NCBI GenBank assembly: GCA_965662235.1
Contig: CBFIGY010000029.1
Coordinates: 1 to 39,670 of the forward strand
Source: an uncultured bacterium
GTDB lineage: Bacteria > SAR324 > NAC60-12
Reading direction: 5' to 3'
Length of the DNA: 39,670 nt
Shown: positions 29,806 through 39,519 of the stretch, one piece after another
How the letters are laid out: every line of letters begins with the position of its first letter
Numbering within the stretch: position 1 is the stretch's first letter
Notes under the pieces: generated by a model
What the model was told of the DNA's origin: nothing
Seen by the model: the letters and a program-made list of their open reading frames with translations, nothing else
Databases searched by the model: none
Position numbers and translations under genes: made by a program

Positions 29806-31905
29806 ATGGAAAAAACAGCCAGCTACGTCTGTGGGGCCTGGCGCCACGGAACCGGTTCCGGACAGATCATCAACCACGCCATCACCGGGGTCCCTGTTGC
29901 TGAGATCAATGCTTCAGGAATCGACCTCCCGGAGGCCCTGCACTACGCCCGTACCACCGGAGGTCCTGTCCTCCGGAGCCTTACCTTTCACCAGCGGGCA
30001 CTGGCCCTGCGTTCCCTGGCACGCCTGCTCATGGAGCAGAAGGAGGCCTTTTACACCATTTCCAAGGCCACCGGTGCCACTCGGGCTGACTCCTGGATCG
30101 ACATTGAGGGCGGCATTGGCACCCTCTTCGCCTACGCCAGCCTCGGACGCCGCGAGTTTCCGGATCAGCCGTTTCACGTGGAAAGCGACCTTGCCCCCCT
30201 GTCCCGGAGCGGGACCTTCCTCGGACGGCACCTCTGTGTGCCCCTGCAGGGCGCGGCACTGCACCTGAACGCCTTCAACTTCCCCTGCTGGGGCATGCTG
30301 GAAAAATTCGCCTGCACCTTCCTCGCAGGCGTGCCCTCCCTCATCAAACCCGCACCTCAGACCGCTTATGTCACCGAGGCCATGGTCCGGGTGATGATCG
30401 ACTCACAGCTGCTTCCCGAAGGCTCGCTGCAGCTGCTCTGCCTCAGCAACACCGAGGTGGAGCGCGTCTGTCACCCCTCTGGGACCGGGGACCTGTTCAG
30501 CCACCTGACGGCGCAAGACGTGGTCACCTTCACCGGGTCCGCGTCCACCGGACTCAAGCTCAAGTCTCACCCGACGATCCTCCAGGAAAACGTCCGCTTC
30601 AACCTAGAAGCCGATTCGCTCAACAGCATCGTCCTTGGCCCAGACGTCACCCCAACGATGCCCGAGTTCGGACTCTTCATCCGGGAAATCGTCCGGGAAA
30701 TGACCGCCAAGGCAGGACAGAAGTGCACTGCAATCCGGCGGGTGCTGGTTCCAGAGGCTCAGATGGACGCGGTGGTGAAGGCCCTCCGGGAGCGGCTGGA
30801 ACGGATGACGCTTGGAGATCCGGAACAAGAAGGTGTCCGCATCGGCGCCCTGGTGGATGCCACACAGGTCGCTCTCACCAAGCAGCGCATCACCGAACTG
30901 CAGGAAGAGGCCGAAGTCGTCTACCAGGCCCCTCCGGCTCCACAAACCGGCGCTTTCTGTGAGCCCGTTCTCCTCCGCTGCGCCCGTCCACTGGAGCAGG
31001 AAAAGGTCCATGAGGTCGAAGCCTTTGGTCCAGTCAGCACGCTCATGCCCTTCCAGACACTGGACGAAGCCATTGAGGTCGCGGCCAAGGGCAAGGGCAG
31101 TCTGGTGGCCACCGTGGTCACGGCCGATGATGCCATTGCGGGCAAGCTGGTCCTGGGCCTAGCGCCCTATCACGGACGCCTGCTGGTGCTCAACCGGCAC
31201 AGTGCCCCTGAGTCCACCGGACACGGATCCCCCATGCCGCAGCTGGTACACGGGGGGCCGGGCCGGGCCGGCGGAGGGCAGGAACTTGGGGGCGTCCGGG
31301 GGGTGCTGTTTTACCTGCAGCGCGTCGCCCTGCAGGGCGCTCCTCAGACCCTGGCTCACATCACCCGGGAGTGGATCCGTGGGGCAGAGGAGCACGAAGA
31401 CCGCGTGCACCCCTTCCGGAAGTACTTTGACGAGCTTGTGATCGGGGAAACCCTCTGGACGCACCGGCGGACCATCACCGAGGCCGATGTGGTCAACTTC
31501 GCGGGGCTTTCCGGTGACTGGTTCTATGCGCACGTGGATGAGCTGGCGGTGCAGGAGTCTCCTGTCTTTGAGAAGCGTGTGGCGCATGGGTACTTCATCC
31601 TGTCTGCTGCTGCAGGTCTCTTTGTGCACCCGGCCCCGGGTCCGGTGCTTGCCAATTACGGGCTCGACAACCTCCGTTTCATTCAGCCCGTTTACCTCGG
31701 TGACACCATTCAGGTGCGCCTCACCTGCAAACGCAAGGCGCCCAAACCACCCCGAGAGGGAGAGGTTCCGCAAGGAGTCGTGGCTTGGGACGTGGAGGTC
31801 TTCAATCAGCATCAGGAGCCTGTTGCGGTTTACACCATCCTGACCCTTGTTGCCCAAAAGCCCCAAGCGGGTTCCGCCCTCCCCAAACCTGAGCCCATCG
31901 CATGA
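29806..31905 (+). CDS. paaZ: Bifunctional oxepin-CoA hydrolase / aldehyde dehydrogenase
   Basis: [55 protein letters not shown]-terminal MaoC domain ([22 protein letters not shown]). Confidence 0.95.
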   Translation: MEKTASYVCGAWRHGTGSGQIINHAITGVPVAEINASGIDLPEALHYARTTGGPVLRSLTFHQRALALRSLARLLMEQKEAFYTISKATGATRADSWIDIEGGIGTLFAYASLGRREFPDQPFHVESDLAPLSRSGTFLGRHLCVPLQGAALHLNAFNFPCWGMLEKFACTFLAGVPSLIKPAPQTAYVTEAMVRVMIDSQLLPEGSLQLLCLSNTEVERVCHPSGTGDLFSHLTAQDVVTFTGSASTGLKLKSHPTILQENVRFNLEADSLNSIVLGPDVTPTMPEFGLFIREIVREMTAKAGQKCTAIRRVLVPEAQMDAVVKALRERLERMTLGDPEQEGVRIGALVDATQVALTKQRITELQEEAEVVYQAPPAPQTGAFCEPVLLRCARPLEQEKVHEVEAFGPVSTLMPFQTLDEAIEVAAKGKGSLVATVVTADDAIAGKLVLGLAPYHGRLLVLNRHSAPESTGHGSPMPQLVHGGPGRAGGGQELGGVRGVLFYLQRVALQGAPQTLAHITREWIRGAEEHEDRVHPFRKYFDELVIGETLWTHRRTITEADVVNFAGLSGDWFYAHVDELAVQESPVFEKRVAHGYFILSAAAGLFVHPAPGPVLANYGLDNLRFIQPVYLGDTIQVRLTCKRKAPKPPREGEVPQGVVAWDVEVFNQHQEPVAVYTILTLVAQKPQAGSALPKPEPIA

Positions 31906-32867
31906 CCGCCCCTTGCTGCCCTGAACCTGCGACCCCTGAGCTGCTTCCTCCATCCGGGAACTTCTTTCAGCAGCGTTGGAAGCTCCTGAGCGATCGGCAA
32001 CGGGGGTTCTTCTTTGCGGTGCTGGCCATGATGGGCGCCGCGCTCTTTTCCTTTCCCTACCAGGAGGCGGTGCAGCAGGTCGGCGCCCTGCCGTCGGTGT
32101 TTGGGGTGTTTGTCTGGGCCTTGCTGTTTTCCCTCCCAGGCGCATGGCGGTTGCGGAAGAACACCACGTTCCGCCCCCGGATCCTCTACATCTCCGTGGT
32201 CATGGCCATTGTCGGAGTCGTGGGCAACTACGCGGTCTGTCAGGCGCTGGACGGCAATGCCCCCAGCCTGGTCATCATCATCACCCGTTCCGAAATCGTC
32301 ATCGCGATGCTGCTGGGGTGGGGGTTCTTGAAGGAATACGTCACCCGCCGGGTGTGGGTCGCGGTTGCAGTGATCCTCGCAGGCATTGTGATCATGCGCC
32401 TAGAAGGCCTCTCCGATGCCTCCGGAAGCTGGAGCCTCGTGCTCTGGGCCCTGCTGACAGCGTTCTCGTTTGCCTCGATGCAGGTCCTTTCCAAAACGAT
32501 TGTCCACGAGATCGACCCCCAGGCCCTGAACGTCATCCGCCTGAGCCTGGCCCTGATGATCATGGCCTTCTTCCCCGGGGTGCTCGAGGTGGTGCAGACG
32601 ATGGAGTGGCACACGTGGAGCCTGCTCGGCATGGCGGCCTTCAGTGGTCCGTTCATGGGACGCGTGTCCTACACCTATGCCCTGCGGTCGCTTTCCATTG
32701 CCCAGGCCATGACCATTGGCACCTGTGCGCCGGTGGTGACGCTGCTGATCGACATCCTGGTCTTTGATCGGCTGCCGGGACTTTGGGAGCTTGGCGGGGG
32801 CGCCCTGGTGCTCCTGGGGGTGCTGTCCTCCTTCTGGAAACCGACGCCGGCGCCCACCAAGGCCTAA
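31902..32867 (+). CDS. DMT/EamA family transporter
   Basis: About 10 hydrophobic segments in two repeats (LGWGFLKE; ELGGGALVLLGV). ATGA overlap with paaZ. Confidence 0.85.
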   Translation: MTAPCCPEPATPELLPPSGNFFQQRWKLLSDRQRGFFFAVLAMMGAALFSFPYQEAVQQVGALPSVFGVFVWALLFSLPGAWRLRKNTTFRPRILYISVVMAIVGVVGNYAVCQALDGNAPSLVIIITRSEIVIAMLLGWGFLKEYVTRRVWVAVAVILAGIVIMRLEGLSDASGSWSLVLWALLTAFSFASMQVLSKTIVHEIDPQALNVIRLSLALMIMAFFPGVLEVVQTMEWHTWSLLGMAAFSGPFMGRVSYTYALRSLSIAQAMTIGTCAPVVTLLIDILVFDRLPGLWELGGGALVLLGVLSSFWKPTPAPTKA

Positions 32868-32892
32868 CCCCTTCTTTCCTGCCCCTGGGCTT

Positions 32893-35800
32893 ATGAGCAC
32901 GCCGCCATCCCCCACGGTTCAAGACCTCCAGGCCCTCCGGAAGCTGCTGGACCAGGTCCTGACGCGGGACCGCTTTCCCCTCCGGTCCAAGCTGCGCAAG
33001 CTGGAGCAGAAGCCGATCAACGAGGTTCCAGAAGAAGCCTACCTGCGCCTCCTCCTGCAAGCAGAGGAGTCCGCCCAGCTCCGGAGCCAGCGTGCGGCCC
33101 AGACCCCGACCCTGCACCTCCCTCCGGAACTGCCGATCACTGAGCATGCCGAAGAGATCGTGGACCTGCTTCACCAGCACCAGGTCCTTGTGGTCGCCGG
33201 AGAAACGGGCTCTGGAAAAACGACGCAGCTGCCCAAGCTCTGCTGGCAGGCCGGATTCGGACGGGCCGGAAAAATTGCCTGCACGCAGCCTCGCCGGGTC
33301 GCAGCCACCTCGATTGCCCGCCAGGTGGCTCAGGAGCTGGAAACCGAACTGGGCCACCTCGTTGGGTACCGCATCCGCTTTGGAGAAAAGACCTCTCCTC
33401 AAACCCTGATTCAGTTCATGACAGACGGGATGCTGCTTGCCGAGACGCAGCATGACCGCTTCCTGAACGCCTACGAGGTCCTCATTCTGGATGAGGCACA
33501 CGAGCGCTCCCTCAACATCGACTTCCTCCTCGGCTACCTCAAGCAGCTCCTGCCCAAACGTCCGGACCTGCGCCTCCTCATCACCTCTGCCAGCATTGAC
33601 ACCGAGCGCTTCTCTCAGGCCTTTGGAGATGCGCCCATTGTGGAGGTCTCAGGCCGAACCTTTCCGGTGACGACCCAGTGGCGTCCGCTGGACCCTCATG
33701 ATGAAGAAAGCGGGGACCGCACCATCCTGGATGCTGCAGTGGAAGCCACCCGCGACGCCCTGGCGCAGCCACACGGAGGCGACATCCTCGTCTTTCTGCC
33801 GGGCGAGCAGGAAATTCGGGAAGTCGTCGAGCGTCTGTCCGGAGGCATCCAGAAGCAGGCGGTGGACGTCCTGCCCCTCTTCGGACGCCTGACGGCTGCG
33901 GAACAGAACCGCATCTTCCAACGGTCCGGACGCCGCAAGGTCGTGGTGGCCACCAACCTCGCAGAAACGTCCCTGACCCTGCCCGGCATCACCACTGTCA
34001 TCGACTCCGGCCTCCACCGGGTGGCCCGCTACAGTCCACGCCAGCGCATTCAACGCCTGCCCGTGGAGCTTATTGCCCAAAGCAACGCCCTGCAACGGGC
34101 GGGACGGGCCGGACGGGTCGCGCCTGGAACCTGCGTCCGTCTCTACTCAGAGGACACCTTTCAGCAGCTCCGGGAGTTTGCCGAGCCGGAAATCCTCCGG
34201 TCCAACCTCGCCGGCGTCATTCTGCAGATGCTGCACCTGCGTCTTGGGGACCCCCAGGCCAGCGGTGTGGACCGCATCCGGAACTTCCCCTTCATTGATC
34301 CCCCGGGCTCGCCCGCCATCAAGGAAGGCTTCCGCCTCCTCCGGGAGCTGGGCGCCGTTGATGAGGACCTGCGCCTGACCGCGAAGGGTCGGCAGATGGC
34401 CCGGCTGCCCATTGAGCCCACCACGGCCCGGATGCTCCTGCAGGCCCAGGACGAGCACGCCATGCGGGAGGTGCTGATCATTGCCGCCGGTTTGTCCGTG
34501 CAGGATCCCCGGGAGTTTCCTCAGGAAAAGCAGGCGGAAGCCCGGGCCATGCACAAGCACTTCGTCCATCCAGACTCCGACTTCCTCACCCTCCTCAACA
34601 TCTGGAACGCCTACCACGACGAGTGGGACACCCTCCGGAGCGAAAACAAGCTCCGCAAGTTCTGTAAGGCGCACTTCCTTTCATTTGTCCGCATGCGCGA
34701 GTGGCGGGACATCCACCGGCAGCTGGAACGCATCCTCCAGGACTCCGGGCTGCTGCACCTCAATGAGCAGCCGGCTGACTACAAGGCCGTCCACTGCTCC
34801 ATCCTCTCCGGACTCCTCAGTCAGATTGGGCAGAAGCTCGAGAAGAACCAGTACCGGACCGGAGGGGGCAAGGAGGTTTTCATCTTTCCAGGCTCTGCCC
34901 TCAACGGCAAAGGCGGCCCCTGGGTTCTTGCGGCTGAACAGGTGGAAACCTCCCGTCTCTTTGCCCGGAAGGTGGCCAACATTGACGTCCGCTGGCTCGA
35001 GGCGCTGGGGGGGGACCTCTGCAAGCGCAGCTACGCCGACCCCTTTTTCAATGAAGACTCTGGCATTGTGCAGGCCTATGAGCGCGTGACGCTTCATGGC
35101 CTCCCCATTGTCACCCGGCGACGGGTTGCCTACGGACGCGTGAATCCGGCAGAAGCCACGCAGCTCTTCATCCGCGAGGCGCTGGTGGAAGACCGCCTCC
35201 GGGCGCGACTGCCCTTCCTCCGGCACAACCGAGCCCTGAAGCAGAAGCTGATGGAGGAGGACGCCAAGCTCCGGCGGAACCGGCAGTATGCCATTGAAGC
35301 CGCCATTGAGGCCTTTTACACCGAACAGCTCGCCCAGGCGACCCTTCCTCATCAGCGGGACGAGTCGGCGCGCCGGGGCGTTTCCTCGCTCCACGACCTC
35401 AACCGCCTCATCCGGCACCAGCGGAGTCAGCAGAAGGCACGGTTCCTCTTCATGGAGGAGTCAGACCTCCTGGAGCGGGCCGATGAGGAACGTCCGGACC
35501 CAGGAGCCTTTCCCGACCACTGGACCGTTGGCACCGAGCGCCTCTCCCTCCGTTACGTCTATGCCCCCGGAAAGGACCACGACGGCGCCACCCTGCAGGT
35601 CAGCGATGTCATCGTTCCACACCTGCAGGCGCCGCTGCTGGACTGGATGGTGCCCGGACAGTGGGAGGAACGCATTCAGCACCTGCTCCGGGGCCTGCCC
35701 AAGGCCGAGCGGCGGCGGTTTGTCCCCATCCCCGAGGCCGCCCGACGTCTGGTCGCCCAGATGACTCCCGGAGAGGAGCGGTTCCTTCAGACCCTGAGCC

Positions 35801-36912
35801 GGGTGGTCCGTCAGGAGTATGGCGTCCACCTGCCACCGGACCAGTGGGACTGGGAGCGGCTTCCCGATCACCTCAAGCCCCGGATGGAGCTGCGCGACAA
35901 CAGCAACCAGGTGGTGGGACAGGGACGGGACGTGGAGGGTCTGCTGGCGAAGCGTCGGGCAGAGCTGAAGGAGCTGGCCAAGCGACACGCCCAGGATCAT
36001 CAGCTGGACGTCCTCAAGGTTGCGGAACGCGAGTGGCACCTGGATCAGCTCTCCAGCTGGAGCTTTGAGGAGCTTCCCGACCGGGTGCAGCTGGACACCG
36101 TTGCCGGAGTTCCGATTTATGCGTACCCCGGACTCTACAAGGATGAGCATGGCGTGCACCGGCGACTCTTTGCCCGACGGGAGGAAGCCCGGGAAGCCAC
36201 TCCTGTGGCCCTCCGGGAACTGCTGGCCCTGGCCACTGGACCCGACCTGGCCTGGTTGGAAAAGGACCTCGCCGAGCTTCGGGAGCTGAGGGATGCGCTT
36301 TCCCCCTTCGGCAAGGTGTCGGAGCTGAAGGCCGACCTGCGGGAGTGCGTCTATGCCTTCCTCTTTGATGGTCCGTGGGTGGCCAACAAGGAGCAGTTTG
36401 AGCAACGTGCCAAGGAAGCCCGCCTCAAGCTCCGGACGCTTTCGCCTCGAGTGATTGAGATGGTGGAACGCCTCCTAGACGCCCACCAGGAGACGCAGCA
36501 GGTGCTCCGAACCCTGACGCTCAAACGGGGGTCCCTCAGCAAGCCTCTGGAGGGGCACTTCCGGGAGCTCCTGCCCCCGCGCTTTCCGCAGCGGGTGCCC
36601 TACCCCCGTTGGAATGACCTGTTGCGCTACCTCAAGGCACTGCGGATCCGGGCAGAGCGGCTTGAGCTTGACCCGCAAAAGGATGAGGCCAAGGCGGCCC
36701 AGCTGGAACCGTGGCCCAGCGTGTTTCAGCAGCTTCGACGGACGGAGCTGAACCGGGACGAGCAGCAGGCTCTGGAGGAGATGCGGTGGATGCTGGAGGA
36801 GTTGCGGGTGTCTGTGTTTGCCCCCGAGGTCCGGACGGCCTTCTCCATTTCCCCCCGGAGGATGGAAAAGTTTGCACGTCAGCACTTTGCCGCGCACCTG
36901 CTGATGAACTGA
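32893..36912 (+). CDS. hrpA: ATP-dependent RNA helicase HrpA
   Basis: GETGSGKTTQLPK, TQPRRVAA, DEAHERSLNIDFLLG, ATNLAETSLT, QRAGRAGR, and C-terminal RWMLEELRVS.FA. Confidence 0.96.
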   Translation: MSTPPSPTVQDLQALRKLLDQVLTRDRFPLRSKLRKLEQKPINEVPEEAYLRLLLQAEESAQLRSQRAAQTPTLHLPPELPITEHAEEIVDLLHQHQVLVVAGETGSGKTTQLPKLCWQAGFGRAGKIACTQPRRVAATSIARQVAQELETELGHLVGYRIRFGEKTSPQTLIQFMTDGMLLAETQHDRFLNAYEVLILDEAHERSLNIDFLLGYLKQLLPKRPDLRLLITSASIDTERFSQAFGDAPIVEVSGRTFPVTTQWRPLDPHDEESGDRTILDAAVEATRDALAQPHGGDILVFLPGEQEIREVVERLSGGIQKQAVDVLPLFGRLTAAEQNRIFQRSGRRKVVVATNLAETSLTLPGITTVIDSGLHRVARYSPRQRIQRLPVELIAQSNALQRAGRAGRVAPGTCVRLYSEDTFQQLREFAEPEILRSNLAGVILQMLHLRLGDPQASGVDRIRNFPFIDPPGSPAIKEGFRLLRELGAVDEDLRLTAKGRQMARLPIEPTTARMLLQAQDEHAMREVLIIAAGLSVQDPREFPQEKQAEARAMHKHFVHPDSDFLTLLNIWNAYHDEWDTLRSENKLRKFCKAHFLSFVRMREWRDIHRQLERILQDSGLLHLNEQPADYKAVHCSILSGLLSQIGQKLEKNQYRTGGGKEVFIFPGSALNGKGGPWVLAAEQVETSRLFARKVANIDVRWLEALGGDLCKRSYADPFFNEDSGIVQAYERVTLHGLPIVTRRRVAYGRVNPAEATQLFIREALVEDRLRARLPFLRHNRALKQKLMEEDAKLRRNRQYAIEAAIEAFYTEQLAQATLPHQRDESARRGVSSLHDLNRLIRHQRSQQKARFLFMEESDLLERADEERPDPGAFPDHWTVGTERLSLRYVYAPGKDHDGATLQVSDVIVPHLQAPLLDWMVPGQWEERIQHLLRGLPKAERRRFVPIPEAARRLVAQMTPGEERFLQTLSRVVRQEYGVHLPPDQWDWERLPDHLKPRMELRDNSNQVVGQGRDVEGLLAKRRAELKELAKRHAQDHQLDVLKVAEREWHLDQLSSWSFEELPDRVQLDTVAGVPIYAYPGLYKDEHGVHRRLFARREEAREATPVALRELLALATGPDLAWLEKDLAELRELRDALSPFGKVSELKADLRECVYAFLFDGPWVANKEQFEQRAKEARLKLRTLSPRVIEMVERLLDAHQETQQVLRTLTLKRGSLSKPLEGHFRELLPPRFPQRVPYPRWNDLLRYLKALRIRAERLELDPQKDEAKAAQLEPWPSVFQQLRRTELNRDEQQALEEMRWMLEELRVSVFAPEVRTAFSISPRRMEKFARQHFAAHLLMN

Positions 36913-37940
36913 AGCGCCGTCTCACGTTCCTGCCGGTCAAACTCTGCCTGCAGCGCCATTTCCTCATCCACCTCCCGGAACAGGTAGAGGTGGTGCCCCT
37001 TGCCGCCGGCTGGAGCAAACGCCTGAGCCAGAAGCTCCATCCAGGTCCAGTGCTGGTGACGCCAGCAGCGAAAGCGGACCTCGTAGCCCTCGCCGTGTTG
37101 CTGCAGTTCCTCCTCATAGCGCAGCAGCATGCCCTGATCCTCCGGATGCACGGAGTGCTGAAAGAAGTGCCCCAGCTGCCCCTGCGTCAGCACCGGTTGG
37201 CTCCCCAGCAGTCCGCTCTGCAGCAGGTGAGGGGTGATGTGGTAGGTTTGGGTCGCAGGATCGTAACGCATCACAAAGATCCCCATTGCGTCCAGCTGGT
37301 CTTCCAAGGAAACCAGGTGGTTCCGCTCCTCATAGAGGTCGGTGAGTTCCGTCAGGTCCTGAACCTGTCCCGCCAGCTGCCGTCCAGAAGGCCCTTCCAG
37401 CACCACCCCGGTCAAAGCAATGATGCGCCGTGTGCCTGAAGGAAGCTGCAGAGGCATGATGAGCTTGGGAAAGGACTCTCCACGGAGGACCGCCCTCAGC
37501 GCCTCCTGAAGGAGGTGGTGGTCCTGAGGCAACAGGCGGGCGTGCAGGGTTTCTGGAAGCGGAGCCCCTTGGGGAATTTCAAAGATCTGCAGCAGCGCCT
37601 GCGACCATCCGCCCTCTTGAGTCTGCAGGTCCCAGTTCCACACCGCCACCGATGCTTCCCGGAGGGCCACCTCCAGGAGCTGGGTCTGCTGTTGCTGCTG
37701 TTCCAACAGCAGCTCCACCTGCTGCGTCAGCACACGCGTCGCTTGGAAGAAGGGAGCATAGCGTGAGAGCAGGGGGTGCTCCGCCAGGTGCTGAGGCTGG
37801 AGCGCGTCGGCCTGCAACCAGGCCCGCAGATGCTTCAGGCACGCCTGCAGGTCCCAACCGGTCTTCTCGGTCAGCTGGTGTTCAGAAGCAGAGTTCTGGA
37901 AATCGGAAGCGCTTGAGACGTTAAAAGCAGAATCCACCAA
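36879..37940 (-). CDS. PAS-domain protein with no output domain (possibly truncated sensor)
   Basis: TTG start with SD GGAGG. PAS-like VAVWNWDL...WS....IF and SVHPEDQ...YEVRFR. 3' end overlaps hrpA by 34 bp. Confidence 0.6.
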   Translation of the reverse strand: MVDSAFNVSSASDFQNSASEHQLTEKTGWDLQACLKHLRAWLQADALQPQHLAEHPLLSRYAPFFQATRVLTQQVELLLEQQQQQTQLLEVALREASVAVWNWDLQTQEGGWSQALLQIFEIPQGAPLPETLHARLLPQDHHLLQEALRAVLRGESFPKLIMPLQLPSGTRRIIALTGVVLEGPSGRQLAGQVQDLTELTDLYEERNHLVSLEDQLDAMGIFVMRYDPATQTYHITPHLLQSGLLGSQPVLTQGQLGHFFQHSVHPEDQGMLLRYEEELQQHGEGYEVRFRCWRHQHWTWMELLAQAFAPAGGKGHHLYLFREVDEEMALQAEFDRQERETALQFISRCAAKC

Positions 37941-38337
37941 ACGGTCCTCCAGGGTGCGTTTCGGTTCAGGGACACGTCAGAGACAACCCGTCCACAACTA
38001 ACGCAGTTTCCGGAGAAGGTCCATCAGAAAAAAAGGGATTTTTGAAAAAAACTCAGCCCTTCCGTGACGGCTTATTTTTTGGGAAAATCCGGGGATAAAA
38101 ACGGGGCTCTGTCGGGGGAGCGGTTTCCCTGCTGAAGGGAAGGCGGCCCGAAGAATCAGGGCCACCCTGTGGGGAAAGCTGAAGGAGGCCTCAGGACAAA
38201 AAACCTGGAATCCAGGGGCTCAATAATTCTTGCGTCTGAGGCCATTCATGAGAGTCTGGTTAGGGAGGATTCGTTTGGGTCCCCCTGATCGTGGAGGTCA
38301 GGCCTCCCTTATTTTGACTCAACCTGGAGAGAGATTC

Positions 38338-38790
38338 ATGTTGGAACTCAACCATCCGGCTCCCGAGTTCACCCTGCCGGATCAAGATGGCACCGACCGT
38401 TCGCTCGCGGATTACCGCGGGCAGTGGGTGCTTCTGTTCTTCTATCCCAAAGACGACACCCCTGGCTGAACCAAAGAAGCCAAGGCTTTTGGAGAAAGCC
38501 TCAAAGCGTTTGAAACCATTCACGCCGTTCCCCTCGGCATCAGCACCGACTCGGTGGCCAGCCACCGGAAGTTTGCTGACAAGTACAACCTCGCCGTCAC
38601 CCTGCTGGCTGATGCAGAAAAGAAGGTGGTGCATCAGTACCGCGTCAAGAACCTCATCGGGTTTGCCAACCGCAAGTCCTTCCTGATTGACCCCGACGGA
38701 CACCTGCGGAAGATCTACGACTCCGTGTCCCCAGCCAGCCACGCCGAAGAGGTGCTGCAGGACCTCAAGGACCTGCAGGCGGCTTCCTAA
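38338..38790 (+). CDS. bcp: Selenocysteine-containing peroxiredoxin (BCP/PrxQ), 150 aa, Sec44 encoded by TGA 38467-38469
   Basis: APEFTLPDQDG...LLFFYPKDDTPG-TGA-TKEA...GISTDSVASHRKFADKY.L...LLAD...RKSFLIDPDG is one continuous frame. TGA replaces the Cys of TPGCT. SD GGAG. Confidence 0.9.
38483..38501 (+). promoter_or_regulatory. Bacterial SECIS-like hairpin
   Basis: AGGCTTT-TGGAG-AAAGCCT, a perfect 7-bp stem with a G-containing loop, starting 13 nt after the in-frame TGA. Confidence 0.75.
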
Positions 38791-38932
38791 CCTCTGGAAG
38801 ACCTCCTCCTCCTGTCCGGGCTCCAACGGGGGCCTGGACTCCTCTGCCCGCAGCACCGCTCCGTTCGTCTGCCCCTGTGACCTCATACCTGCTCGATTCA
38901 ATCCAGCACAACGCGTCTGCAGCCGAATCCTC

Positions 38933-39050
38933 TCCATTTTTGACCGCAAAATCGCCCTCTCTTGCAGCTAAGTTCCTGATTTTTCAGACCCCACCCCTAA
39001 GTGAGACCCTTCCATTTTCGACCGCAAATGAGAACCCTAATCTATTGATA
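38933..39050. repeat. 18-bp direct repeat pair, each followed by an IHF-like site; candidate element end/att region
   Basis: TCCATTTTTGACCGCAAA (38933-50) and TCCATTTTCGACCGCAAA (39011-28). TAAGTTCCTGATT (38969-81) and TAATCTATTGATA (39038-50) compare with IHF consensus YAANNNNTTGATW. Confidence 0.6.
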
Positions 39051-39519
39051 TTTTGTTTTAAACACCTTGAGAGTGAACTTTGGAGGGGGTAGCTTGAGGC
39101 AAAATTGCTCCCCCCACGGTTGGGCAAGTCCTCATGGAGAAATGGTTTGAACCCTCCCTGTGAGGCTGGTCGACAGTGGATCAGGGTAGGGGGGAGGTTG
39201 CCCCATGCGGTCCCCCTTGTCTTCTTCAGTATGAATTGAGGCCTTCTGTAGCCGAAAGCGAAGACACCCCACAATTGGGCACCTCTCACGTTCCGATTAT
39301 GGAGAACTCAAGTAGGCCGCCTAGGCGCTGAGAAAATTTCTTCCGAAAAAGTGTTGCCACATCACGGTCCGTCTTCGACGCGCCCGAGAACCTTTTCCTC
39401 GGAAAGGAACTTCTCTCCAAGCTTTAGGTTACACCAACCACGGGCACATCGGCACATGCCTCCAAAGGCGGGACCGACCAAGCGTGCCCTTTATCACACA
39501 CACTTGGGCAGGTGATCTG

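Noticed and set aside
38121..38137. Fifth sigma54-like motif CGGTTTCCCTGCTGAAG
   Set aside because: GG/CTGAAG spacing fits, but the CAC core is missing and it lies 200 nt from the start codon.
38467..38469. Peroxiredoxin as a nonsense pseudogene
   Set aside because: The stop falls exactly on the catalytic residue, the downstream frame is intact, and a SECIS-like hairpin and selA are present.
38933..39028. Direct repeat read as a mini-CRISPR array
   Set aside because: Only two 18-bp copies with a 60-bp gap, non-palindromic, and no cas genes.
38984..39289. 101-aa minus-strand ORF in the terminal region
   Set aside because: No SD or recognisable motif, atypical composition, and it overlaps the repeat/IHF sites.
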